DNA of 64,000 bases, taken from the NCBI GenBank assembly GCA_965248445.1, contig CBDFJG010000001.1:192001-256000 (forward strand). The letters run 5' to 3'. Below are positions 18,405 to 27,180 of this stretch, one piece after another. The DNA comes from Planctomycetota bacterium (GTDB taxonomy: Bacteria; Planctomycetota; JAJSAM01; JAJVHW01). The position numbers and the translations under genes were made by a program. The notes beneath the pieces were generated by a model, which worked only from the letters and a program-made list of their open reading frames with translations, did not search any database and was not told where the DNA came from. Position 1 is the stretch's first letter. The number at the start of each line of letters is the position of its first letter.

Positions 18405-19246
18405 CCCCGCTGTTCGTGACGGATCTGGACGGCACGCTTCTCGACGCGGATGCGCGCCTCTCCGACACGACGCGCGACGGGCTGATGCAACTACTCGACG
18501 CTGGCGTTCTCGTCACGGTCGCTACGGCGCGCAGTCTTGCATCGATGCGGGAGATCCTCCGGGGAGTCCCGTTCACGCTACCCGTGATCGAGATGTGCGG
18601 AGCGGCGCTGACGAGACTCGACGACGAAACTCGCTACGACGTCGCGGATCTGTCGCACGACGTCGTGCACGACATCGTGGAGATCGCACGGGAACGCAAC
18701 ATGCCGCCGTACCTCTCCGCGCAGGCGGATGGCCGCGATCATCTGTTTCACGAGGCGAGCACGAATGACGCCATGCGCTGGTACGAGGATGACCGCAAGA
18801 GGCTGCCGGATCCACGCTTGACGCCGGTCCATTGCGTCAAATCCGCGGTCGCCGGAGCCGTGCTTTGCCTGACGTTCATGGGATTCGAGGAGCGCGTCCG
18901 CGACGCCGCATCTGTCATCTCCACCAGACATGAGAGCGTGACGGTCAACGTGTACGAGAACCCCTACCACCGCGGCTGGTGGTGGGCTTCGGTGCTCTCG
19001 GAGCGGGCGCAAAAGGGCGCCGCGCTCCGCCGTTTGGTGGCGCGTCACGGTCTCGAAGACGCACGAATCGTCGCATTTGGCGACACCGAGACGGACCTCT
19101 CGCTGTTCGAGGCGGCGCACCACGCCATCGCTCCCGCGAACGCGGAGCCAGCCGCCAGGCGCGCGGCGGACGAGATCATCCCGCCGCACACGGAGGACAG
19201 CGTCGTGCGGTGGATGCTCGAAGCTGCGGGGCGAGTGGGAGCCTAG
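18401..19246 (+). CDS. Cof-type HAD-superfamily hydrolase
   Basis: FVTDLDGTLL, VATAR, KGAAL, AFGDTETDL. Confidence 0.9.
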   Translation: MTPLFVTDLDGTLLDADARLSDTTRDGLMQLLDAGVLVTVATARSLASMREILRGVPFTLPVIEMCGAALTRLDDETRYDVADLSHDVVHDIVEIARERNMPPYLSAQADGRDHLFHEASTNDAMRWYEDDRKRLPDPRLTPVHCVKSAVAGAVLCLTFMGFEERVRDAASVISTRHESVTVNVYENPYHRGWWWASVLSERAQKGAALRRLVARHGLEDARIVAFGDTETDLSLFEAAHHAIAPANAEPAARRAADEIIPPHTEDSVVRWMLEAAGRVGA

Positions 19247-19267
19247 TCCCGGTCCGACAATGACTGC

Positions 19268-19295
19268 TTGAAGTTGTCGCTGAGGGCCGTAAAGT
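19268..19295 (+). promoter_or_regulatory. Putative sigma70-type promoter
   Basis: TTGAAG-N16-TAAAGT immediately upstream of the structured segment. Confidence 0.4.
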
Positions 19296-19298
19296 AAT

Positions 19299-19463
19299 CC
19301 CCAGGTGATGAGTAGTCATGGGGAGGCGGGACACGATCCCGTTCCCGAGTCAACGAGGTCGGTCGAAGCGCAACCGCTCCCTCTGACATTTCGAACGCTT
19401 GTCCGCCACCGCTTCGGCGGTGTCGGATAGCGGAGCACCCCGTTACGACCCTTGAGCCTGGGG
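19299..19463 (+). ncRNA. Candidate structured ncRNA (unassigned; 6S RNA is one possibility)
   Basis: Closing stem CCCCAGG/CCTGGGG, ATGGGG/CCCCGT, three internal hairpins including a UUCG-capped one; promoter-like motif upstream and hairpin downstream; no convincing ORF. Confidence 0.4.
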
Positions 19464-19485
19464 TCAGGGGACTCCCTTCTCTCTC

Positions 19486-19515
19486 GCTCCGGGTCTGCTT
19501 CGGTGGGCCCGGAGC
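19486..19515 (+). terminator. GC-rich hairpin, possible terminator
   Basis: GCTCCGGGTCTGC-TTCG-GTGGGCCCGGAGC; weak U-tract. Confidence 0.45.
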
Positions 19516-19583
19516 ACTCTGATTCTGGGCACTCTGATTCTAGGCGGCGCGGAGCGCGCCTATAGAGAGTGCTCCGGCGTGTA

Positions 19584-19784
19584 TCCCTCCTACGCGGTCT
19601 CCGACCGCTACGGAGGGCTTCTGTCACGCGGTGCGTGGCACCCGACGTGACATCGCGATTCACGCAACGAGTGCCTGCCCATCGAGTGCGGTCTGCGACC
19701 GCTAGGCCGGAGCTGCGGTCACTCCTCCGCGATTCGCGCGACGAGGGCAGACCCCGCACGTGGGGCGGGGTTCCACCCCGCCCG
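19584..19784 (+). repeat. Third copy of the REP-like repeat core plus GGGGCGGG...CCCCGCCCG palindrome
   Basis: 19584-19619 matches 12993-13028 at 35/36 nt; the palindrome at about 19762-19784 resembles 13099-13121. Confidence 0.75.
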
Positions 19785-19940
19785 TGCATCGTGCGCGAGG
19801 CGCACCGGGTGAGTCCAACTGACGGGCGGGCACGCCATCGGCGAGCTGCTGGGGACCGCGTCTCACGAGGACGGAACGCCCCCGATGCGTCGCGGGCGGG
19901 CGGGACGTGTCAACGACTTTGAGACACCGCGTCTTCGAGT

Positions 19941-20969
19941 TTAGTGAGCAGCCTCCTGTGTCGCAGTCTCCAGCGCCGCGAGTTCCCGGGCCGGCGGGTT
20001 GATCCACGTCTCGGTCGGCAGAGCCGGCGGCGTCGGCGCACGGCGCACGAAGCGCTCGGGATGCGCCGCGTACGCGGCATCGAGCACGACCGAGCGCGCG
20101 GCGACGGCCGCTTCGGCGCGGCCGTAGTGCACGGTCTCGGGCGTCAGCAGCCCGAGACTCGAGTGACGATGCTCGCGGTTGTACCAGTGGAAAAAGGCGC
20201 GGCAGTGCGCCCGCGCGTCCTCGATGCAGCCGAAGCGCGCTGGGAAGTCCGGCCGGTACTTCAGCGTGCGGAATTGGCTCTCGGAAAACGGATTGTCATT
20301 CGACGTGTACGGCCGGCTGTGCGACTTCGTCACGCCGAGATCGGCGAGCAGAAAGGCCACCGGCTTGCTGATCATCGGCGGCCCCCGATCGGAGTGGATC
20401 GTGAGCTGCTCCGCCGCGATCCCCTGCTTCTCGCAGGACTGCTCGATGAGTGCCGTCGCCAGCGCACCGCTCTCGCAGTCCGCCAGCATCCAGCCCACGA
20501 CGTTGCGGGAGTAGATGTCGAGCACGACGTAGAGATAGAAGTAGCTCCACTTCACCGGGCCGCGGAGCTTGGTGATGTCCCAGCTCCAGACCTGGTTCGG
20601 GGAGGTCGCGAGGAGCTCGGGCTTCTTGTACGCGGGATGACGCAGCTGGTTGCGGCGCTCACGCACAGCACCAGCCGCACCGAGGATGCGGTACATCGTG
20701 CGCACCGAGCACAGGTAGCGTCCCTCGTCGAGCAGGATCGCCCACGCCGCAAGCGGTGACAGATCGCAGAAGCGCTCCTCGCTCAGCACCGCGAGTACGG
20801 TAAGACGCTCGTCGATCGTGAGGGCGCGCGGCGAGCGCCGGCGCGGCTGCTGGGGCCGGGGGCACGTGCGTGCCGTTCGGCGCCGATAGAGCGTGGCGCG
20901 CGTGACTCCGAGCGCGCGGCACGCGGGGGCGACGCCCACGCGTCCCCCCAGCTCCTCCGCCGCAATCAC
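19941..20969 (-). CDS. IS3-family transposase OrfB (DDE integrase core)
   Basis: PNQVWSWDITKL, LDIYSR, IHSDRG, SNDNPFSESQFRTLK, YNREHRHSSL; GTG overlaps the orfA stop. Confidence 0.93.
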   Translation of the reverse strand: MIAAEELGGRVGVAPACRALGVTRATLYRRRTARTCPRPQQPRRRSPRALTIDERLTVLAVLSEERFCDLSPLAAWAILLDEGRYLCSVRTMYRILGAAGAVRERRNQLRHPAYKKPELLATSPNQVWSWDITKLRGPVKWSYFYLYVVLDIYSRNVVGWMLADCESGALATALIEQSCEKQGIAAEQLTIHSDRGPPMISKPVAFLLADLGVTKSHSRPYTSNDNPFSESQFRTLKYRPDFPARFGCIEDARAHCRAFFHWYNREHRHSSLGLLTPETVHYGRAEAAVAARSVVLDAAYAAHPERFVRRAPTPPALPTETWINPPARELAALETATQEAAH

Positions 20970-21469
20970 GTGTCGCTCCCGCTCGTCTCGGGCATCTCGA
21001 TGCCCAGCAGCCGTGAGACTTTTCGCTGCACGTCGATGATCACCTCGGCCGTCTCGAGCCGCTTCTCGAGACGGGCGACTTCGCGCTCGAGCTGCTCGTT
21101 GCGCTTCTTGAGCGCACGGTCCGGATCGGGCTTGGGACCACGCCGCTTGGGCGAGAGCGCCTCGAGCTGGCCCTGGTCCCGCGCGCGCCGCCACGTCAAC
21201 AAGTGCGAGGAGTACAGCCCCTCACGGCGCAAGAGAGCGCCGATCTCGCCGGGCTTCGTGCACGCGTCCGCCGCCTCGATGATCCGTAGCTTGTACGCGG
21301 CGCCAAAGCGCCGCCGCGAGGCGCGCGGCACGACCTCGGGGTCGCGCACCCCAACGTCCCCCGGGCCGCGCGCCCCGGGGGAGCCCCCTCCGCCTCGATC
21401 GCGCTCGCTATGCTCGCCCTCCCTCGGCTCCGGGATCTCCCCCGGCGCTGTGTTGTGGTTGTTCGTCAT
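20966..21469 (-). CDS. IS3-family transposase OrfA (HTH + coiled coil)
   Basis: RRRFGAAYKLRII..IGALLRREGLYSSHL..WRR; LKKRNEQLEREVARLEKRL. Confidence 0.88.
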   Translation of the reverse strand: MTNNHNTAPGEIPEPREGEHSERDRGGGGSPGARGPGDVGVRDPEVVPRASRRRFGAAYKLRIIEAADACTKPGEIGALLRREGLYSSHLLTWRRARDQGQLEALSPKRRGPKPDPDRALKKRNEQLEREVARLEKRLETAEVIIDVQRKVSRLLGIEMPETSGSDT

Positions 21470-21541
21470 CGCTGGTTCCTCCACCGCCCTGCACAGTAAT
21501 CATCCGTGGGGTCGGTGTCTCAGCCACGTTGGCACAGAGGG

Positions 21542-22021
21542 GGCGCCCACGGTGACCGCGTACTGGAACGCGGACGAGAGGACGGCAGCATGGTGTCGAG
21601 TCGTTGCCGCTCTGAGCCCCTTACGTCGGCTGAACGTGTCGAGCAGCTGCTGCACGTCACCGGTCGTGATCGACGCGAGCGCGCGCTTCCCGAAGTGCTT
21701 GGCCGCGTCACGGATGAACCCGCGTCGCCCGGCGACCGTGGCCGGTCGGAGCGTTGCCTCCCAGTGCCGGAGCAGCGCGGGCGCGAGGGCCTCGAGTGTG
21801 ACGTTGCCGACCTGGCGTTCACCGCTGAGTCGCGCGGCGTCGCGCTCGGTGCCCTTCTTCCGGAGGTACGCCTCGGCTTCGCTCTTGTTCCGCCCGCCGT
21901 ACTCCTGGTGGCGACCGCCCCAGGCGTCCGTGTAGCGGACGTAGAAGCCGGAGTAGAGGGTCCCGTTGGACCTCTTGCGGCGGAACACGGACCCGAATCT
22001 GCGTCGCTTCTTGGCGGCCAT
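21542..22021 (-). pseudogene. Truncated phage-type tyrosine integrase (arm-binding and core-binding domains only)
   Basis: FGSVFRRK..FYVRYTD.WG.RH..G..KSEAE; LASITTGDVQQLL; ATTRHHAAVLSSAFQYAV; reading frame runs into the IS3 end; no catalytic R-H-R-Y domain. Confidence 0.8.
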
Positions 22022-22088
22022 CTTGTGCCTAACTCCTGTCGCGCTAGTGTACCAAATAGGGCACAAGCGGGGAGTCTAGGCTCGCCGG

Positions 22089-23996
22089 TCAATAGTACTG
22101 GTACTGCGAGCTGCTGAGCAGGGCGAGCGCGGCGGTGCGCCAGGTGGCGCCGGGTTCGCTGAGCACCTCGACGAACGCCTTGAGTTCGTCTGCGCTCGGG
22201 TCGCGGCCGAGGAGCCGGTTGAAGAGGCTCGTGATCGTGTCGGCGCTGATGCTCGTCGCCTTCGCGCTGCCGTCGCTGGTGCGCGAGCCGCCGGTTGGGT
22301 CCTCGTCTTCCGGCGCGGGGCCGTCGAGTCCGGCGGGCGGCAGGACGGCGCCGCTGTCGAGCATCACCTTCGCGAGCACGCCGCGGACGGGTGCGGGATC
22401 GGTGAGCGCCTGAAGGGCGTTGCGCATGTTGCGGAACTCCTGCAGAGCCGGCGGGCGGCCCAGGAGGTCGACGAACAACCCGCGTATGAACTGGTGGTCG
22501 TCCTTGATGACGGGTGGGCGCTCCTCCTGCTGGTACTCCTCGCTCGTCAGCCACTCGCGGAGGATCTTCGGGAACTCCATCGGATCGAGCTTCATGCGCT
22601 CGACGGCAACGTAGTGCTCCTCCTCCGTGAGCGGTGCACCGCGGTAGCGCATGGCCATGCGGTTCGCGAACACCTCGAGGTACGCCGGCTGGGCCAGGCT
22701 GATCTGCACGACGTTGGCCTGGTTGGTGCCGAGCGTCTTGAAGATGCGCGTTTTCTCGCCGTCGTACATCTTCTTGGCGGCCTCGAGGAGGCGAACGTCC
22801 TTCTGCACCTCGATGCCGAGGAACTGCTCGAGGATGACGGTGACGTACGTGTCGTTGCCCGGATTGCGTGAGTTGAACTCGGCGCTGAGAGCGAACTCCA
22901 TGTGCGCGTCGCGGAAGCTCGCGCGGCCCTCGCGCATGCGCCCTGGGATGGCCGCGAGGCGGTCGCTGACCGGGCGGAAGCGGTCGATCAGCAGGAAGTA
23001 GAAACTCTCTTCCTTGAACCAGTGCTCCCAGGTCTCGGCGGCGCCGAGCAACTTGTCCACGCGGTCCTCGAAGGGAAGCGCCGCGACTTGCGCGAGTTCC
23101 TCCTCGATCGGACTGCGTCCGTAGAGATCGAAGTACAGGCGGCGGGTGAGACGGCGCTCGACGCTCGCCACCTTGGCGAGCGGCTCGGTCGTGGGGCCGT
23201 CGCCGGCGGTGCCGGTCTCGCGGACGCGTGTTGCGTCGACGCGCACGTAAACCGGCCATGCGCCGAGCTTCTCCGCCTTCACGTTGCAGCGGATGACCCA
23301 CGGGCCCGCGCGGTCGGGGGTGACCTTGGTCTTGGCGCCCGACTTCGCTTCGAGCTTGGCCTCTGCTCCGAGCGGCTTCTCGAGGATCTCCCACGTGACG
23401 GCCGGCTTGTCGCCGTCCGGATCGAAGGAGAGTGTCGCGTCGAGGTTCAGTTCGGTGCCGACGTCGAGCGTGCGCGGCCACGGGGCGAGCACTGCGACGG
23501 GGGGCTTCTCTGTCGCGCTTGCGCCGAAGATCCAGCTGACGAGCGGTCCCTGGGGATCGAGGAGTGCCGTGTCGAAGTCCGTCCCGTCGGCCTTGCCACC
23601 GTCGTGGTCGACGCCGCCGCGGGTCATCGGGGCGAGCTTCGAGAGGAGTGTGCTGCGTTCGGGGGCCGGCGCGTGCAGGAGGGCAGTGATGCCCTTGTAG
23701 TTGGCTTCGACGGACTCGGGGGTCCAGGAGGTGCCGTCGTCCGGCGCGGTCAGGCGGTGGCGGGTGATGTTGTCCGGGTCGTCCGCGTCGTGACACCCGA
23801 TGCACTCGCGCTCGAGCAGAGGGAGCACGTCCGTGCGGAAGAAAGCGGGGTCGTGGCGCACGATCTGCTGCATCTGCATGCCGCCCTCCATCTCGTCCAT
23901 CTTGTCCTGGGCGTGAGCCAGGACGGCGACGGCGAAGAGGGCGCTCGTGGCGAGAGCGGCGGCCAGGTGGTGGGCTCGGAGCTTCACGTCACACAT
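22089..23996 (-). CDS. Exported planctomycete-type cytochrome c protein with PKD/Ig-like and DUF1549/DUF1553-like helical regions
   Basis: Signal peptide; FFRTDVLPLLERECIGCH; LDATLSFDPDGD..VTW; RRLYFDLYGRSP, LFVDLLGRPP, LFNRLLGRDP repeats; start could be 23987. Confidence 0.75.
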   Translation of the reverse strand: MCDVKLRAHHLAAALATSALFAVAVLAHAQDKMDEMEGGMQMQQIVRHDPAFFRTDVLPLLERECIGCHDADDPDNITRHRLTAPDDGTSWTPESVEANYKGITALLHAPAPERSTLLSKLAPMTRGGVDHDGGKADGTDFDTALLDPQGPLVSWIFGASATEKPPVAVLAPWPRTLDVGTELNLDATLSFDPDGDKPAVTWEILEKPLGAEAKLEAKSGAKTKVTPDRAGPWVIRCNVKAEKLGAWPVYVRVDATRVRETGTAGDGPTTEPLAKVASVERRLTRRLYFDLYGRSPIEEELAQVAALPFEDRVDKLLGAAETWEHWFKEESFYFLLIDRFRPVSDRLAAIPGRMREGRASFRDAHMEFALSAEFNSRNPGNDTYVTVILEQFLGIEVQKDVRLLEAAKKMYDGEKTRIFKTLGTNQANVVQISLAQPAYLEVFANRMAMRYRGAPLTEEEHYVAVERMKLDPMEFPKILREWLTSEEYQQEERPPVIKDDHQFIRGLFVDLLGRPPALQEFRNMRNALQALTDPAPVRGVLAKVMLDSGAVLPPAGLDGPAPEDEDPTGGSRTSDGSAKATSISADTITSLFNRLLGRDPSADELKAFVEVLSEPGATWRTAALALLSSSQYQYY

Positions 23997-24497
23997 GGTA
24001 CCGGGGGATCGGCCGGGCGCAGGCTCCACTGGAGGCGTGAGCGCTGCGCGCGCCACTCGTGGGCTCGGACCCCGTCCATGCCGCTGCTGACTGCGTTGTT
24101 CACGCACTCAGCTCGCTCGGGCGCTGGCACGCGCCCTGGCGCCGCGGCCGTTCGCGCCGTCCGGCGCAGCGTGCTGCTCGGGCCTGCCTGTCGGCCGGGA
24201 CGGAGCCCAGTGGTGAGCCTGACCCTTCCCCGCTCGGTCGGCGCTCACCCCACCCACCCACGGGGGAGGACGGTGCGGGCAGGGCTCCGGTTACATCTGC
24301 CGTTCGGACGCGGCGCTGCCGCGGTTCGCAGCGAGACGCTCCCGCTGCTGCGACCCATGCGGAAGACCGCTCGCTACGCCACATCGCTCGGCTGGCGCGG
24401 CGCGGTGGTTCCCGTTCCGCGTTGCTGCTTCGCGTGCCGTAGGCACACAGGAGCACTGCGGAGAGCTCTCGCCACCTCGGCCCGACCCAACAAGCAA

Positions 24498-24562
24498 CCG
24501 CTCTTCTGATTCACGCGAAGCGTGAATCAGAAGAGCGGGGTGATCGTTCGATCACCCCGCTC
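24498..24562 (-). terminator. Two overlapping hairpins downstream of the histone-like gene (probable terminator)
   Basis: 19-bp perfect stem at 24498-24538 followed on the minus strand by TTGCTTGTT; 13-bp stem at 24533-24562. Confidence 0.65.
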
Positions 24563-24590
24563 CGAACGGACCTTGGCCCGTCGTGAGTTG

Positions 24591-25133
24591 CTAGCGAGAG
24601 GACTTGCGGCGCGAGGCCTTCTTGCGAGTCGTCTTCTTGCGGCGTGTCGCCTTCTTACGAGTCGCCTTCTTGCGAGTCGCCTTCTTGCGACGTGTCGTCT
24701 TCTTGCGACGCGTCGTCTTCTTGCGAGTCGCCTTCTTCCGGCGTGTCGTCTTCTTGCGACGCTTCGCCTTCTTGCGAGTCGCCTTCTTGCGACGTGTCGT
24801 CTTCTTGCGAGTCGCCTTCTTCCGGCGTGTCGTCTTCTTACGACGCGTCGTCTTCTTGCGAGTCGCCTTCTTCCGGCGTGTCGTCTTCTTACGACGCGTC
24901 GTCTTCTTGCGAGTCGCCTTCTTGCGGCGTGTCGTCTTCTTGCGACGCGTCGCCTTCTTGCGGGTCGCCTTCTTGCGACGTGTCGTCTTCTTGCGAGTCG
25001 CCTTCTTGCGGCGTGTCGTCTTCTTACGACGCGTCGTCTTCTTGCGAGTCGCCTTCTTGCGGGTGGCCTTCTTGCGAGTGGCCTTCTTCCGCTTTGCCGG
25101 CTTACGTCGCCGGCCAGACTTCTTTGCGGCCAT
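24591..25133 (-). CDS. Histone H1-/Hc2-like highly basic repeat protein (putative nucleoid-condensing protein)
   Basis: GGAGG RBS; MAAKKSGRRRKPAKRKKAT...; 180 aa made almost entirely of RKKAT/RKKTT/RRKKTT units, with no acidic residues. Confidence 0.85.
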   Translation of the reverse strand: MAAKKSGRRRKPAKRKKATRKKATRKKATRKKTTRRKKTTRRKKATRKKTTRRKKATRKKATRRKKTTRRKKATRKKTTRRKKTTRRKKATRKKTTRRKKTTRRKKATRKKTTRRKKATRKKAKRRKKTTRRKKATRKKTTRRKKTTRRKKATRKKATRKKATRRKKTTRKKASRRKSSR

Positions 25134-25247
25134 AGTTGAGATACCTCCGTGTGTGCACGCACATGAGAGCGACACGGCCGTGTGTCACTCTTCACTCAGT
25201 ACATCGACCGAGTTGCCTCAGTACTTCGACAAGCCTTCAGAGAATCT

Positions 25248-25568
25248 TCAGCCGGTGTTGTCCCGGCGCGTCATGACATTGACCCAATGCGCGTACGAGT
25301 TGTTCAATCCACACACTTCCAACACCGCAATCTCCGGAACTTTGTACGGATGCAACTCCTCGACGCGGGCGGTCAGGGCGTCGACCCGGTCCGCCGCGGT
25401 CTTGATCACGAGCAGAGTCTCCTCGTCGGTGGTGACAGCACCCTCCCAGCGGTAGACCGAGGTCACGGCGGGGAGGATGTTCACGCAGGCGGCAAGCCGC
25501 TCCTCGACCAGCGTAGAAGCCAGTGTTCTGGCGGCTTTGGGCGGGACGGTGGACAGGACGATGCGCAT
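25248..25568 (-). CDS. cutA: Divalent-cation tolerance protein CutA
   Basis: LVEERLAACVNI, SVYRWEG, E.LLVIKT, HPYKVPEI. Confidence 0.92.
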   Translation of the reverse strand: MRIVLSTVPPKAARTLASTLVEERLAACVNILPAVTSVYRWEGAVTTDEETLLVIKTAADRVDALTARVEELHPYKVPEIAVLEVCGLNNSYAHWVNVMTRRDNTG

Positions 25569-25660
25569 CCCCGCGCCTCCATGGGGGCCTCCACGCGGTG
25601 CCTGGCAGGTGCCCCGGCAGGCCGCGTTGCCGCCATCCTCGCACGCACGCGGGACCCCTC

Positions 25661-26401
25661 TTACGCCGGGCGCACGCGCGCGAGGAACGTGCGGAGCCGG
25701 TCGCTCTGCGGCGCGCTCAGGAGATCCGAGGTGGCGCCCTCCTCGACCACCTCGCCGGCATCCATGAACACCGTGCGTGTGGAAACTTCCGCGGCGAACG
25801 CGAGCTCGTGCGTGACGACGCACATCGTGGTTCCCGCGGCGGCAATCTCTCGGAGAACCTCGAGAACCTCGCCCACGGTCTCCGGATCCAGGGCGCTCGT
25901 CGGCTCGTCGCAGAGCAGCGCGTCGGGGCGCATCGCGAGTGCACGGGCGATGGCCACTCGCTGCTGCTGGCCGCCCGACAGTTGCGACGGGCGTGACGCC
26001 TCCCGGTCGGCCAGACCGACGCGCCACAGCAGTTCGCGCGCGTGCTGCTCCGCGTCGCGGCGGGACTCCGCTCCCACCAGCACCGGGGCGAGGACGAGAT
26101 TGTCGAGGACAGAGAGATGGGGAAACAGGTGGAAGGCCTGGAAGACCATCGCGACCCGTCGCCGGGCGGCATCGATGCCCCGGGCACCGGCGCGCACCGG
26201 CTGGCCGGCCACCGTCACCTCTCCGGAATCCGGGACCTCCAGCCCGTTCAGGCAGCGCAGGAGGGTGGACTTTCCGCTGCCCGAGCGACCCACGATCGTG
26301 ACGATTTCGCCCCTGCGGACCGTCAGGTCCACTCCGGCGAGCGCAACGGTCTCTCCGTAACGCTTCCGAAGACCGGTGGCGGTGACGACGACGTCGCTCA
26401 C
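25661..26401 (-). CDS. Polar amino acid ABC transporter ATP-binding protein
   Basis: GRSGSGKST, MVFQAFHLFPHL, LSGGQQQRVAIARAL, DEPTSALDPE, VTHE. Confidence 0.93.
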   Translation of the reverse strand: MSDVVVTATGLRKRYGETVALAGVDLTVRRGEIVTIVGRSGSGKSTLLRCLNGLEVPDSGEVTVAGQPVRAGARGIDAARRRVAMVFQAFHLFPHLSVLDNLVLAPVLVGAESRRDAEQHARELLWRVGLADREASRPSQLSGGQQQRVAIARALAMRPDALLCDEPTSALDPETVGEVLEVLREIAAAGTTMCVVTHELAFAAEVSTRTVFMDAGEVVEEGATSDLLSAPQSDRLRTFLARVRPA

Positions 26402-27180
26402 AGCCGCGCCACCGGGAGGGACTCGGGCGGCGCCATGCGGCGCTCGAGCCGTCGCGAGAACCACGCCAGAGGCAGCGTGACACAAAGGTAGAGCGCCGCG
26501 AGCGCCAGGAACGCACCCCAGGTCTCGTAGCGATCTGCCTGCAGACCCTTGGCGTGGTAGGTGATCTCGGCGACGCCGATGATCGAGAGGAGCGAGCTCT
26601 CCTTCACGAGCGACACGGCCTCACCGGTGAGCGGCGGGAGCATGCGCCGCACGCATTGCGGGAGGATCACGTGACGCAGCGCTTGCGCGTGGGACAGACC
26701 GAGCGAGCGCGCGGCCTCCCACTGTCCGCGCCCGACGGATTCGACCGCTGCGCGCACGATCTCCGCGATGTACGCCCCGGCGAACACGCCCAGTCCCGCG
26801 GCGCCCACGACCGCAGCGAGCGACGCATCGAACAGGCGTGCGAGCTGCAGCAACTCCGCGATGCACCAGTACCAGACGTAGAGCTGCACGAGGAACGGTG
26901 TCCCCCGGACGATCTCGACGTAGACCCGCGCTACCTGGTCGAGAGCGACGGACCGCGAGAGGCGGGCCAGCGCGGCCGCCGTTCCGAGGACGAGGCCCAG
27001 CAGCAGCGCCCCCGCGGAGATGGCCACCGTGAGCCAGAGGCCCTGCAGGAACAGCCCGCGCCGCGCCCAGGCGAGGTGCCAACGGATCTCGACTGGAGCG
27101 AGGGAGAGGGCCAGAACGACGAGGGCCGCGAGGCCCAGGGTGACCGCGAAGCGGACTCCCCGCTCCCGGCCCGGGGTCAC
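26398..27180 (-). CDS. Polar amino acid ABC transporter permease
   Basis: YVEIVRGTPFLVQL, AYIAEIVRA, GQWEAARSLG, LVKESSL. Confidence 0.93.
   Translation of the reverse strand: MTPGRERGVRFAVTLGLAALVVLALSLAPVEIRWHLAWARRGLFLQGLWLTVAISAGALLLGLVLGTAAALARLSRSVALDQVARVYVEIVRGTPFLVQLYVWYWCIAELLQLARLFDASLAAVVGAAGLGVFAGAYIAEIVRAAVESVGRGQWEAARSLGLSHAQALRHVILPQCVRRMLPPLTGEAVSLVKESSLLSIIGVAEITYHAKGLQADRYETWGAFLALAALYLCVTLPLAWFSRRLERRMAPPESLPVARL

Larger units (their letters stand above)
19908..21534 (-). mobile_element. IS3-family insertion sequence
   Basis: Imperfect terminal IRs TGTCAACGACTTTGAGACACCG / TGCCAACGTGGCTGAGACACCG (ends may extend a few nt); orfA+orfB; no clear target duplication. Confidence 0.88.

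Noticed and set aside
19299..19463. Retron msr-msd, hammerhead ribozyme or riboswitch
   Set aside because: No reverse transcriptase nearby, no complete CUGAUGA/GAAA core, and no downstream sense gene or recognisable aptamer consensus.
24600..25090. Possible CRISPR array
   Set aside because: Contiguous 15-18-nt coding tandem repeats without unique spacers; no cas genes in the window.
24522..25455. Overlapping repeat ORFs (RLLASRLL, RRVAFL, Cys/Ser-rich SSCESP, Arg-rich)
   Set aside because: These are alternative frames and the antisense strand of the RKKAT repeat; only the MAAKK frame has an RBS and a known protein type.
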